Source of the DNA: Chiloscyllium plagiosum | Taxonomy: Eukaryota | DNA: 64,000 nt | NCBI RefSeq assembly: GCF_004010195.1 | Contig: NC_057711.1 | Coordinates: 27,663,566 to 27,727,565, forward strand | Direction of reading: 5' to 3' | In this document: in pieces, positions 11,520-22,920 of the stretch | How positions within the stretch are numbered: the stretch's first letter is position 1 | Layout of the letters: each line of letters begins with the position of its first letter | Notes under the pieces: generated by a model | What the model was told of the DNA's origin: nothing | The model's database searches: none | What the model saw: only the letters and a program-made list of their open reading frames with translations | Translations under genes and position numbers: made by a program

Positions 11520-12800
11520 GTGTTAGACTGCTCATTGCCAATTTTGTAGCAGATTTGCAAGGCACTCACAATCTCTTCAATTCTATCATCAAGAATCTCA
11601 GCCTGTCATTGGATGCTGCCAAAACAAGCTGCACCAAGTCAGTCCAATTTTCCACTGTAATATATGCTGAAGGTGAGACTCCGGAATATGTTGAACACTT
11701 CAATTACCTTGACAGCCATCTCTCTCAAAAGGCCACCATTAATGAGTATATCCAATGAGCGCTTGCATCAGTTCTACAAACTGCAGCAATGAATGTTTGA
11801 CAGCAAAGGCCTATCAGTGTCTCTCAAATTCTAGTGTTCCAAGCAGCTGTTGTCTTCTCACTCCTGTACTGCAGTAAGACCTAAAGTGTGCATCCATAAC
11901 AAATAAAAGCACAAGAGAAATTCCTTCAGCAGGACCTTCACTGGAGTCATGGGAAGGATAAACACTTACAACCTTGAAATCAACTGGAAATGTTTTCAGG
12001 CACAACTCCTGCAAAGCCAACTTTGACACACACTCGATAGCTGAAAAAGGTCTCCTTCACCAGATTCTGTTTTCTATGAACTTTCAAGTAGTCAGCATTC
12101 CAGAGAGGATTGAATTAAGTTTATTGTCATGTGTACTCATGTGAATACAGTGAAAAGTTTGCAAGTTGCCATTTACGGTACTATGTTGGTACAAACCAGC
12201 AAAATAAAGAAAACAAAGTTTAAAAGGTTAAAAGTTTAGTCATATTTGCTAAAATGTAGAAAAACAAAGAAACACTGTTCATAGTTGACCACCACAATCC
12301 GTAAACACCTGGCCATCTGGGCTCTCATTCCTCACAAGGGCTTGACCTCCAACTTCTGCTGGCTGCCCCAGGCTGCCAGCTCCTGCTCTCGCCATCTTGG
12401 AATGACTGCCATCGACACTGGGGTCCCCAGTTGCCTTCCAAATCATGTGCACCTTTCCAACCTGGGTCAAACTCCTCTGTGATGATCTCCGAGCTGCACA
12501 AACTCTCACCTTAAAAGGGTAAATATATTAAACTGAGACAGAAAAGGTAGAAGAAAGAAAACAGTGAAAGGAATAAAAAGGCAAAAGCCGGTGGCGCAGA
12601 CTAGCCTCGAGCAAGAACCCGCATGCTGTGCTGCTACTGTGTGCCATCTTGTCCAGTGTCCAAATATATCACCATTCCTTCATTGTTGATTTAAAGATGA
12701 GGCTCCAAACAGACCATAAATCTCTCCTTGAACTGTAGCAACATCAACATTAATATTTGGGAGGAGCTCTCCACCTTTCAAAACAGAGATGCCAAATCAG
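11520..12800 (+). mobile_element. Degenerate RTE-clade LINE fragment, interrupted at about 12110-12690
   Basis: DLQGTHNLF...LSLSLDAAKT...EGETPEYVEHFNYLDSHLSQKATINEYIQ resembles the RTE RT thumb region (LE.VE.F.YLGS.LS....ID.EI). Confidence 0.65.
12110..12651 (-). mobile_element. Putative non-autonomous retroelement with a Rex/Babar-type 3' tail
   Basis: Minus-strand end ttttcactgtattc...acatgacaataaa matches the tails at 47480-47530 and 59365-59410; internal segment recurs at 14080-14163. Confidence 0.5.
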
Positions 12801-12814
12801 AAACAACCATCAGA

Positions 12815-13790
12815 ATCAGAAATTGTTGAAAACAAAACTCAGCAGATCTGGCCGCATCTGTGGACAGAAAACAGAGTTAATGTTTCCAGGAATGGGTAAA
12901 TGTCAGCCAGTTAGAATGAATAGCTGCTAATGGGGGCTGTTAGTGGCTAACGATGGGTTGTTTGTGGTAGCAGTCCACGTGATGACAGGATATGGTGTGT
13001 TGGGGTTGGGGTAAGGACACATGGGAGAAGGTGCTTAGGGCTGAAAATGTGTTGCTGGAAAAGCGCAGCAGGTCAGGCAGCATCCAATGAACAGGAGAAT
13101 CGACGTTTCGGGCATAAGCCCTTCTTCTCATCCTCAGAAGAATCCATACACTAATTAAACAGTTCTTCCTAGCCATATCGGAAATTAAAGACAGTAAGTA
13201 CCAAAAACTTTCATGTATCATCCTCAGAAGGTGCTCAGGCCCTAAAGTTATTGAACTTTTATATTGAGTCTAGATGGGTGCCAGCAAAAAATAGGATACT
13301 GTTCTTCCAGCTTATGCTGAGCTTCACTGGGATGCTACATCAAGTCCGAGACCAGGGAACGTGGTGGTGGTGTGAAATGTCAGGTATCTAGAAGCTCGGA
13401 CATTTTTGCAGACAGAACGTAAGTATTCTGCAAAGTGGTCACCCAGTCTGCACCATGTCTCTTTAACGTAGAGGATTCCACATTGTGAGCAATGAATATA
13501 GTATACTAGATTGAGTGGAGTACAGCTAAATCACTGCTTCACTTGCAAGATGTGTGGACCTTGGAGAGGGAGGAAGTAAATGGGCACTTTTTATAATTCA
13601 GTGAGAAAGTGCTTTAGGGATGTGAGGAGATGTTGGGAGTGGACCAGTGTGTCCCGGAGAGAATGGTCCCTGCGGAAGGCTGACAAGGAAGGGGAATGTG
13701 TCTCTGGTGTTGGCATCCTGCTGGAGATGTTGGAAATTATGGCTAATGATCCTTTGAACTTGGATGCGAGTGGGATGGTAAGTGAGGACG
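12815..13790 (-). mobile_element. Penelope-like element fragment (linker, GIY-YIG and 3' region)
   Basis: LVLTYHPTRIQVQRIISHNFQHLQQD and SLSAFRRDHSLRDTLVHS; collinear with the PLE at 32295-33246. Confidence 0.8.
13040..13127 (-). repeat. Young tail-less hammerhead arm inserted in the PLE; core truncated
   Basis: Reverse complement GAAGAAGGGCTTATGCCCGAAACGTCGATTCTCC; the leading CU of the core is missing. Confidence 0.85.
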
Positions 13791-14816
13791 AGGTGGCTTG
13801 GACAGGCAAGGTGAGTGGACAGATGCATGGCAGATACAGTTTAATATGGATAAATGTGTGGTAAGGACAGGAGGCAGATTACTATGTAAAAGGAGTCAAG
13901 TTAAGTAAAGGGGAAGTACAATGAGATCTAGGTGTTCTTGTACATCCTCTTGTAAGGGTGCCTGCCTTGAAGAAGTTTTCCTCTCTCTACAAGAATCTCA
14001 GGGAGTCCCTCTCCTACTGCAAAAAAAATAAAACTAATCCAGGTTCTTGTACATCTTTCAATGAAAGCAAGCATTCATAGTAGAAAAAAGTGAAAGGAAT
14101 TAAAAGGCAAAAAGTTTGTGGCGCAAACCAGCCCCGAGCAGGAGCCGACATGCTGTGCTGCTACAGTGAAGGAAGCTAATGGCATGCTGGCCTTCATAAC
14201 AAGAGGAATTGAGTGTAGGAGCAAAGAGGTCCTTCTGCAGTTGTACAGGGCCCAGGTGAGACTGCACCTGAAGTAGTGTGTGCAGTTTTGGTCTCCAAAT
14301 TTGAGGAAGGATATTCTAGCTATTGAGGGAGTGCAGCATAGGTTCACGAGATCAATTCCCGGAATGGCGGAACTATCACGTTGAAAGATTGGAGCAACTG
14401 GGCTTGTATACCCTTGAGTTTAGAAGGCTGAGAGGGGATCTGATTGAGACATATAAGATTATTAAAGGATTGGACACTCTGGAGGTAGGAAGCATATTTC
14501 TGCTGATGGGTGAGTCCAGAACCAGAGGACACAGTTTAGAAATACGGGGTAGGCAATTTAGAACAGAGTTGAGGAGAAACATCTTCACCCAGAGAGTGGT
14601 GGATATGTGGACTGCTCTGCCCCAGAAGACAGTGGAGACCAGGTCTCTGGATACTTTCAAGAAAGAGATGGATCGAGCACTTAAAGATAGTGGAATTAAG
14701 GGTTATGGTGTAAGGCAGGAACAGGATACTGATTGTGGATGATCGCCATCATCATAATAAATGGTGGTGCTGGCTCAAAGGACCGAATGGCCTACTCCTG
14801 CACCTATTGTCTATTG
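13788..14816 (+). mobile_element. CR1 LINE 3' fragment with two small foreign inserts
   Basis: ERLEQLGLYTLEFRRLRGDLIETYKIIKGLD...RTRGHSLEIRGRQFRTELRRNIFTQRVV plus 3'UTR. Confidence 0.9.
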
Positions 14817-14819
14817 AGG

Positions 14820-14975
14820 GGGACCAGCCCTCCCCAAACCTACCCCCTCATTTATCTCTCCACCCCCAAAGCTTCCAGCCTCATTCCTGATGAAGGTTTC
14901 CTGACCGAAACTTCGATTGTCCTGCTCCTCCGATGCTGCCTGATCTGCTGTGCTTTTCCAGCACCACTCTAATCT
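14820..14975 (+). repeat. PLE 3' region with hammerhead motif (core 14887-14914)
   Basis: cattcCTGATGAaGGTttcctgACCGAAActtcgatt plus family body. Confidence 0.8.
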
Positions 14976-16702
14976 GTTAGTGCAAACAATACACTGTCAG
15001 CCGCTAATTGTCCCCATTAGCAGCTATTCATTCTCCCAGACTGATCTGTATCCATTCCTTTGTCTGCCCAAACTGTTTTTCTCTCTCTCTCTCAAGCTCC
15101 ATCTCCACCTATTGTTTTCCTCCTTCCCCCTCTCCACAGATGCAGATGCTGACTTTTTCCCACTCTCTACTGTTCATTCAAAATGACAGCAATTTGTCCA
15201 TCAAGGTGCATCATAATTTGAGTTGCAATGTCTCGAGAATAAGGCAGAGTGATGGCAGAGAAGAGAAGTAAAGGAAGCAGATCTTGCTGTCTGGGTCATG
15301 CTTCCTCATAGACCATCTTCTATTGTCAGTCCAAAGTTCTGCAGATTGTGTATCAGCCTGTCACACGAAGACACCTGGCAGAAATTTGTGACTGTGACCA
15401 TGTCAATGTTGTCCTTTAATGAGAGTTCACTCGAGACTGGTCGGTTAAGACTCCATCATTCCACATTCTTAATTTCTTTCTTTAACTGTGATGCTGTATG
15501 GAGAACCTGGGCAGCTGCCAGGAAAGTTTGATAGCACCTCTGCTTTTAATGATCCAGTTTATAAAGTCACAGCTGTTTTGTTGTCTGTATTTGTCTTATT
15601 AATATAGGATGATTAATCAACTGGCAGAAAAGCCATGGAAATAGTGGTGGCAGAGGATTTATAGAGAGTTATTCCCACAGCATGCTGGTATGTCAGTTTT
15701 TTATCCATAGGATGTGGCTTCTGTTGGCAAGACGAGCAATAATTTTTCATTCCTAGATGCCTTTGAGATTGTGGTCATTAGAGCTGCTGCCTTCAACCAT
15801 TGTAGTCCATGGGGACCATGCTATTATGAGCAAGTGAGTTTTTGAGGATTTTGATCATGATTTTTAAAAGTTAGTTGATGGGATGGAGGTGTCGCTGGCC
15901 GGACCAGCATTTTAATACTTGTTCCAATTTCTCTTGATGGTAGTAAATTGGTGTTTGGATTTTGAAGGGAATTTGCAGGCCGTTAGGCTAGTTGTTTTAA
16001 TTAATTCTTGATTTTTGTCAAGTGAATACAGTCTTTGGACTCTTAGCTGCCCTCTGGGAAATATTGAATGGACAATAAATGCTGACCTTGCAATAATGCT
16101 CAAATTTTGTGAACGGATTTTAAAAAGCTGTTAATCAATAAAAGAGCTGAAAAGTGTCAAGACCAGAGATGCTGCTGCAGGAATATTCTGGATCCATGTA
16201 AAGAGGATGGTGCCATTGTCCTTTGATAATTGTGACCTGTTGAACAGTTTTTCCTTTGACACCTAATATCCTCCCTCTCCTTCTGGAACCTTTTTGCTGC
16301 CATGCTGTGTGGAGGAGAACTGGTCTTGCTGCATATTTGGCATTCTGCTCCTGTTTTCATTTATCGCTCAGTGTTGTCATGGTCACTAGAAGCTGCACGT
16401 GTTTGGCAGAACTGAATGTCATCCTGGTAGGAGCTGCTTATGACCAGGAGTTGGAGATCGCTGCCTGGATCAGATTTATCCTCTTTGGTTGTGTGTGGTC
16501 AGAAATGGATGGCCTTTTGTGGCCTCTGAACCTGTTTGTCTTCAGTTTTAGATTTATCCTGTAGAAAAATGTGCACTTCTTTTTTTTAATTACAGGGCAG
16601 CACAAACAATTTATAGTTAAATTGCTTAGAATAGAACATATTTTGCAGTGGTGTTTCTTTCTTATAGATTTTACAAGGGCTGAGGGAGGGCTTATGAGGG
16701 AA

Positions 16703-16805
16703 GGCTCATTCCTGATGAAGAGCTTCTGCTTGAAACATCAATTCTCCTGCTCCTTAGATGCTGCCTGATTGGCTGTGCTTTTCCAGCACCACACTCTTTG
16801 ACTCT
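16703..16805 (+). repeat. PLE-derived hammerhead-bearing short repeat
   Basis: cattcCTGATGAaGAGCttctGCTTGAAAcatc plus family body. Confidence 0.8.
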
Positions 16806-19400
16806 TAAGGGGGGAACACTTAAAATGACCATTTATTTTTTTAAAACTGTCTTTACTGAACTTGCTTTCATACGTGTCTTAAATAATTTTGGCTGCTCAC
16901 CAGTGATCGGTGCGCCGACCAATAGTACAGCAGTTTCTGAAGTACTTTTAGAGTTAATTTTTCAGAAGAATGCAACGAGTAGTGTTGTATAATTATAAAT
17001 TCACAGAAATACCGAATTGTTACAGTACAGTGCTGTCCAGCACAATGCAAGGAGCAGGCTATTCGGCCCACTGTATCTGCACCAGCTCGTGAATTAAGCA
17101 AGTCACTCAATGCTATTTCCTGTCCTTCTCCTTATAACTCTAGGCATTATTTCTTTTGAGTGCTTTAATTGAATTTGCATCCACTGCATTGTTCGGCAGT
17201 ACATTTCAGATCTCTACTACCTGTTGCATTAAAAGGATTTTCCTTGTGTTGCTTTTGCTTCATTAAGTAACTCCTTTTGTGCTTTCAGTCAATCCAAGTT
17301 ATTTATAGCTGTGGGGTCTCTGGGCATGATTGAAAGGAGAAATTGCAAAAGGCAGAGATGACTGATATCGCTGAACGGCGCATAATAAGAGCTGAGGATC
17401 TGTTGTGAGCAATTGACTGCTAATCTCAGGAAAGCAAAGCAATTATCCCTTTGTGGTCTTTAAGTGATGCACCACATTACAAACCGATACATTGCATATA
17501 AATGTCCCTGATTTTTTTTTTTCAAATGACATATTCTCTTACTTGCTGTGACCTGTGCCATGGGAGTCCCACCAATAGCATTATAATGTGTCTGATATAA
17601 TTATTTTTATTATAACTAATTGCCATGAATGAAAATCGTGATTTGAAGTGAATACTTTTATATGGTGCATATAGCAATCAATGAAATACTTGATGCATGT
17701 ATCAAACTAGGATACAATTAGTAAATCATCTGGTTTGCAATGCAATGTATTATTTTCTAATCAGAGTTGCTATCTCACACCTCTGGAGCAGGACGGACTT
17801 AATCCTTGGAATTTTCTTTTTTTTGAAAAAGCTACTGCCATAAAATGTGCACCCTGTTTTAGTAGGTGATTGTAGCTAATTAATTGTATAGTTTTACTTT
17901 GGTTGAGAAATTTACCAGACCTTTATAAATACCTTGCTACTGATGTAAGATACTTCTTTGATTTCACTTCTTCCCTCCCTCGTCCTCCGTATATAACAAA
18001 GGTTATAAATCTACAGTTAACTAAACAAGTTGGTTAGGTATAGTTTTCTATTTACATAAAATATTTTAAGTATTAAAATCTGTGGAAATGCTTGTCAAAT
18101 AACAATAACTCTGAAGTTTCTCAACATTTGGTAAGTTAATGGTTGAATCGCAATACTATTATTACAAACATTAACTGAATTAATAATCTGCACAGATGCA
18201 TTCTCTACTTGCTAGGGTATTGGATGAGCCAAACTTATAGCTGCCATTTGGAAATTTTGTTTTCAAATTATTTGTTTTGCAGGTTCTTAAAGCCCTAAAA
18301 TCTATGCTTTTTAAGAACTTTATTAAATGAAGCTTATGACTATATACTGAATTAATTGACTTTTTACAATGATGACTGATCTGTGACATGTTCAGGGTGG
18401 TGCTGCTGTAATCTTTATTATATAGTGGTGTTGCTAATTGTCAAGCTTCAAGTTAATGTCTGAGACAGAGTACTTTGGATGCTTGTACTAAAACTGCCAA
18501 AATACTGATCACTTGTGTAAACTGTTAATGAAGAAGGATCTTTTTGCAATTGGTTTGGAGGCTGGTGCCAAAATATGGTCTGAGATGGTCGAATAGATAA
18601 TTCATCTGGGAGGAAAGAACCATTTTATTCTTTTATACCTTAATCCTAGCTTCAAAATAAATGATAGCAACATTTAATTCAGTTGAGTCTGACCAAGTAT
18701 AGGTTGTGAATGATTGACATTTTTTTTGGTTTTGGAAATTCCCTGCTTTGTTTTTGGGTGTACTCTTCCTTATTCCAGCAATCAGACAATTCAGTGTGAG
18801 GAAGGATGGGAGAAGTTGAGGCACTGTGGAAAGGAGAAGGCTTAGAGAAAAGTGGTGAAAGGGCTGGACAGATGGATAGGGAGAAACTCTGCCTGCTCCT
18901 AAGCAGATTGAGAAGCACAGAGCATAGTTTTAAAGTCATTTGCAACAGCAACAAATGAGAAGTAAGATGTAGATTTTTTTCAACGTGTTGTCATCACATA
19001 AAATCACTATCAATATTAATGGGATGAGTGCACTCTGATGAGGCACTAATGAGGAGATGCCAAGTTTCATCCAGAGAATCTTTGGACTCATTGCTCAGTT
19101 GGTTCTCCTTTAATTTTCAATGCCACAAATTTGAAAGTTCAGTCTTTCAATTAAATGTTGTAATAGTAACATAACTCATGCTTATTAAATTATGTATATG
19201 TTTTTTGGTGCAAGCAATGACACATTCCCTGCACATGGTATAGTTATACAAGGTCTTGCAAGTGGTGGGATGAATAATCCTGGCATATTCTCTCTCCCAG
19301 ACTGGCACATGGCATTGTGTCAGTGACATACATTTTTATTCCAGCAAGGAGCGTGTTTTTGTTATATATTTCAGAATCTAGGTTTATCACGTGTTGTGTT

Positions 19401-19737
19401 AGCGGCATGGTGGCTCAGTGGTTAGCACTGTTGCCTCATAGCGCCAGGGACCTGGATTCAATTCCATCCTCATGCGATTGTCGATTTGGAGTTTGCACAT
19501 ACCGCCCATGTCTGTGTGGGTTTCTTCCGGGTGCTCCAGTTTCCTCCCACAATCCAGTGATGTGCAGGTTAGATGAGTTGGCCATGCTAAATTGCCCACA
19601 GTGTTCAGGGATGTGTAGGTTAGGTGCATTAGTCAGGACTAAATGGGGAATGGGTTTGGGTGGGATTCTCTTCAGAGGGTCAGTGTGGACTTGTTGGGCC
19701 GAAGGGCCTGATTCCACCCTGTAGGGATTCTATTCTG
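19401..19737 (+). mobile_element. HE1-type V-SINE
   Basis: tRNA-like head (A box tggctcagtgg, B-box-like gattcaattcc), V-domain ggagtttgcac...gggtgctccagtttcctcccaca, CR1-like tail. Confidence 0.9.
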
Positions 19738-21799
19738 TGGATTCTCTGGATAAATTTGAGATTAGTATTCTAAATTATGGAGTAGGTGAATGAATTGAAG
19801 AAACTTTAACTGAAGTTTCATAATTACATTTAATACATTTTAATCCGCTGCTACAGTGCAGATAATTTTCTGCTGTGATGAAATCATAGTTCTTCTGTGT
19901 AAAGACACAGCTGACACTGAAGAAAATATTTCAAAGTAAATTTAAAACTGGTAACCGAGAAGTTTTCATTAAATAAATGTTGGAACAAACTTTCAAATAG
20001 AATGATGAAAATTAAAAACCCTAGAAACACTTTAAACAAAACAACCTAATGCTATTTAAAGGAATGAACAGAAGGGTGTGGCAGCTGAATTGGGATGGAC
20101 CAAATGGCCATTTTCAGGTACTGTTATGGTGCATTTTTGAACAGTAAACTAACAGTAATCTACACTCCCTACACTGAGTGCTTTAACTTGCAACCAATAG
20201 TGGCATTGTCACAAACAAAAACAGAAATTATGAGAAACTCAGCAGGTCTGACACCATCTATGAGGAGAAAGCAGAGTTAACATTTCAAATCCAGTGTATT
20301 GTCATATCTGCTAACTCAGGAACATCTATTCTTCCATGCCTTTGTAGCCAGAATTGCTGTTAAACATTTCAGTTTGGGATTTCTTATGGGACTTGTTCAA
20401 GTCACTTGGATTAATTTCAACTCTGCAAATTACATAAAAAGTTGTGCGACCTTGATAGGGTTTGTCAACATTTTTTATTGCTTATCTTTAGGCTATAACT
20501 GGTGCGTTCCAAGAAAATACAGAATTTAATTTTGATTTTCAGCAATAGCTATCTATGACAGAACAGTTATGGTGGTGTGCAAGAAGTATTTCATATTCTC
20601 TTTATATTCCCATTCTGGTTTTACAAGCTGTAAAATCCAGCCTTTCTTCAACTCAAGCTTTAACATTGTCTTTCAGCCTTGTGGCTCATTAAATAGCCTC
20701 TGTACTCTGATACTTGCCTTTCCTTCTGGTTTGGTGTCAAGACTTAGACATGGTATGCAGGGTGGCTGGAGCACAATGCAATTTAATTGTGACTTCTTCT
20801 GATTTATGTTGAACTGCTTCGGTTATGTAATTCAACTTTCTGTTGGTTCTACTGATTCAAGTTTTCTTTGTTTATTTGTTCATGAAATTCAGGCATTGCT
20901 GTCTAGGCCAACTGTTATTGTCTTGTAGAAGATGGTGGTGAACTGCTGCAGTACTTGGGCTGCAAAGATACCTACCATCCTATTAGGGAAAGAACTTCAG
21001 GATTTTAACCCAGGTCAATAAGCTGAGTTCTGGTGAAAAGGTCTTTGCCTAAAAGCATTAACCTGTTAACTCTCTCCACCAGCTACTGCTGGACTTAGTC
21101 CATTCTTAGCAGTTTCTCTTTCTATTTATGATGGATCTGTGGTTACATGCCTCTGTTTTGACTATTCATGTTGCTTTGGCACTAATTTATTAGATTGTTT
21201 TGCATTCTAATATGAAGACTGATATTAAATTGAAGACTTGTAATGTGATGCTTGATTTGCATTGTGCATCAGTTGCCTGTCTTACAGCTCTACACTCGAA
21301 GTTACACTGGTTCATAATTAGTTACACTAGAAGTGGCTGAAATGTTTTTGTTCTGCATTTTGTGGCTAGGAGAATTTGTTGTTTTTGTTTATATCTATAT
21401 TATAGGTACTCACTGCATTATTCCAAGAATTTCCAAATGCAACTTAATTAAATGCACAGAACCTGATGACATTTTACTAATCTATTAAATCTTCTGCAAT
21501 ATGTAAGTAAATCCCACCAAACCTGGAATTATATGCTGTGTTTATGGTATAAAGACTGTGCTAAAAGGCCCTGCTTCAGTATTGTGTTGCAAGTTCACTT
21601 AATGAGAAACAGATGACTTGTAAAGTACCCCATATAGTGTCATAATCTTTTGTGCCCCTTAAGTCCAACTAAATAGATATTGTCCTTGCTCTCTCTAGGA
21701 AATCTTCCCTTTCCAATACTACCATGTCTTTCCTAATGTTACTGCTGACCACCTTTTTTCATTTCTCTTCTTTGCTGAACAGCTTTTTATCCTCGCCAT

Positions 21800-22920
21800 T
21801 TTAAGCCATGTTTCCATTATTACCGCTACATCTACTCATACACTACTATTTGTGCTTGTAGCTCACTAACCTTGTTCACCTCCCTTTTGTGTATTGATGT
21901 CCGTGCATTGTCTTGTCTTTGCAATCCTTGCAGTCCTCCTTGGGATACTCCTGTCTAATATAGTGCTATTTTGATCTCTAGCACTGCTCAACAGTCATTG
22001 TTAATATTTTTCTTTTCTCCATCTAAATACTAATCCAAGCTCTAACTACCCTGTTGACCCTCCCTGTGAGGACATTGATCCCAGTCCTGTTGAGCTGCTC
22101 CACATTCCTTCTGAATAGGTGCCTTTTGTCACAGAAGTGGTCACAATGCTCCAAGAATCTAAAGACCTCTCTTGTGCAGTGCTTCAAGCTGTGCATTAAT
22201 CCTAGCCATCATCCTAATTCTACTCAGTTTGTGGATACCACTGGGAGAAATCCAGAATGTACTTTCCTCAAGGACCCACTTTTTTTAACATCCTGCCTAT
22301 TTTCTGAAAATCTGATCTTATAAAATCGATACCTGCTCCCTTTAACTTGTTGGCACCAATATGTATCACAGCATATGTCTTATTTCCTACTTCCTGCAGA
22401 TGTTATTTACCCTGTCGCCCAGAGAGACAGCACAGCATTTGGGATTCGTAATGTTACAGAAATGCCTATTTATCCCTCTCACTATGGAATCTCCTAAAAT
22501 AACATCAATTTTATCCTTTGCTGTTCCCTCCTATACAATTCCTTCATATTGCCCTGGTCTGCAGCACACGACTGAAAGATAGCGTCTCTCCCAACAGCCT
22601 TTAATGCGGAATGTCTATTTTTGAGTGACAAACAGAGTACTCATGACCACATGTCTCATCCTACTCTTCTGGATGGCCACCCACCTACCATCCTGATCTT
22701 TGTCTGTGAGCTGGCCATGCACTTCTCAAAATGTATGATTCAGGAAACTCTCATCCTCCTTGATCCTTCGGAGTGTCTCCAGTTGCCCGTCGAGCTTGCA
22801 AATTCTGCATTTAAGCTTATTCAACTGGAGATACTTCTTGCACCCGTAGTCTAGCAAGACACAAAGAATGCTGAAGCTTCCACATTATGCAGAATTTGCA
22901 AGCAAAGGTCTCTTGCCATC
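21800..22920 (-). mobile_element. Old CR1 5' region (ORF1 esterase-like domain remnant)
   Basis: Minus strand at about 22040-22165 translates FRFLEHCDHFCDKRHLFRRNVEQLNRTGINVLTGRVNRVVR, resembling the CR1 ORF1p SGNH-esterase C-terminal block (D.LHLN..G..IL). Confidence 0.6.

Noticed and set aside
11258-11758. 166-aa ORF
   Set aside because: Runs through a SINE head, antisense CR1 and an RTE remnant, so it is a chimera of repeats
16250-16570. Minus-strand acceptor followed by a purine-rich exon-like stretch
   Set aside because: Stops in all frames, no convincing donor, no recognisable protein
18369-18463. Box C (ATGATGA) and box D (CTGA) about 95 nt apart, as a possible snoRNA
   Set aside because: No terminal stem and no recognisable rRNA antisense element
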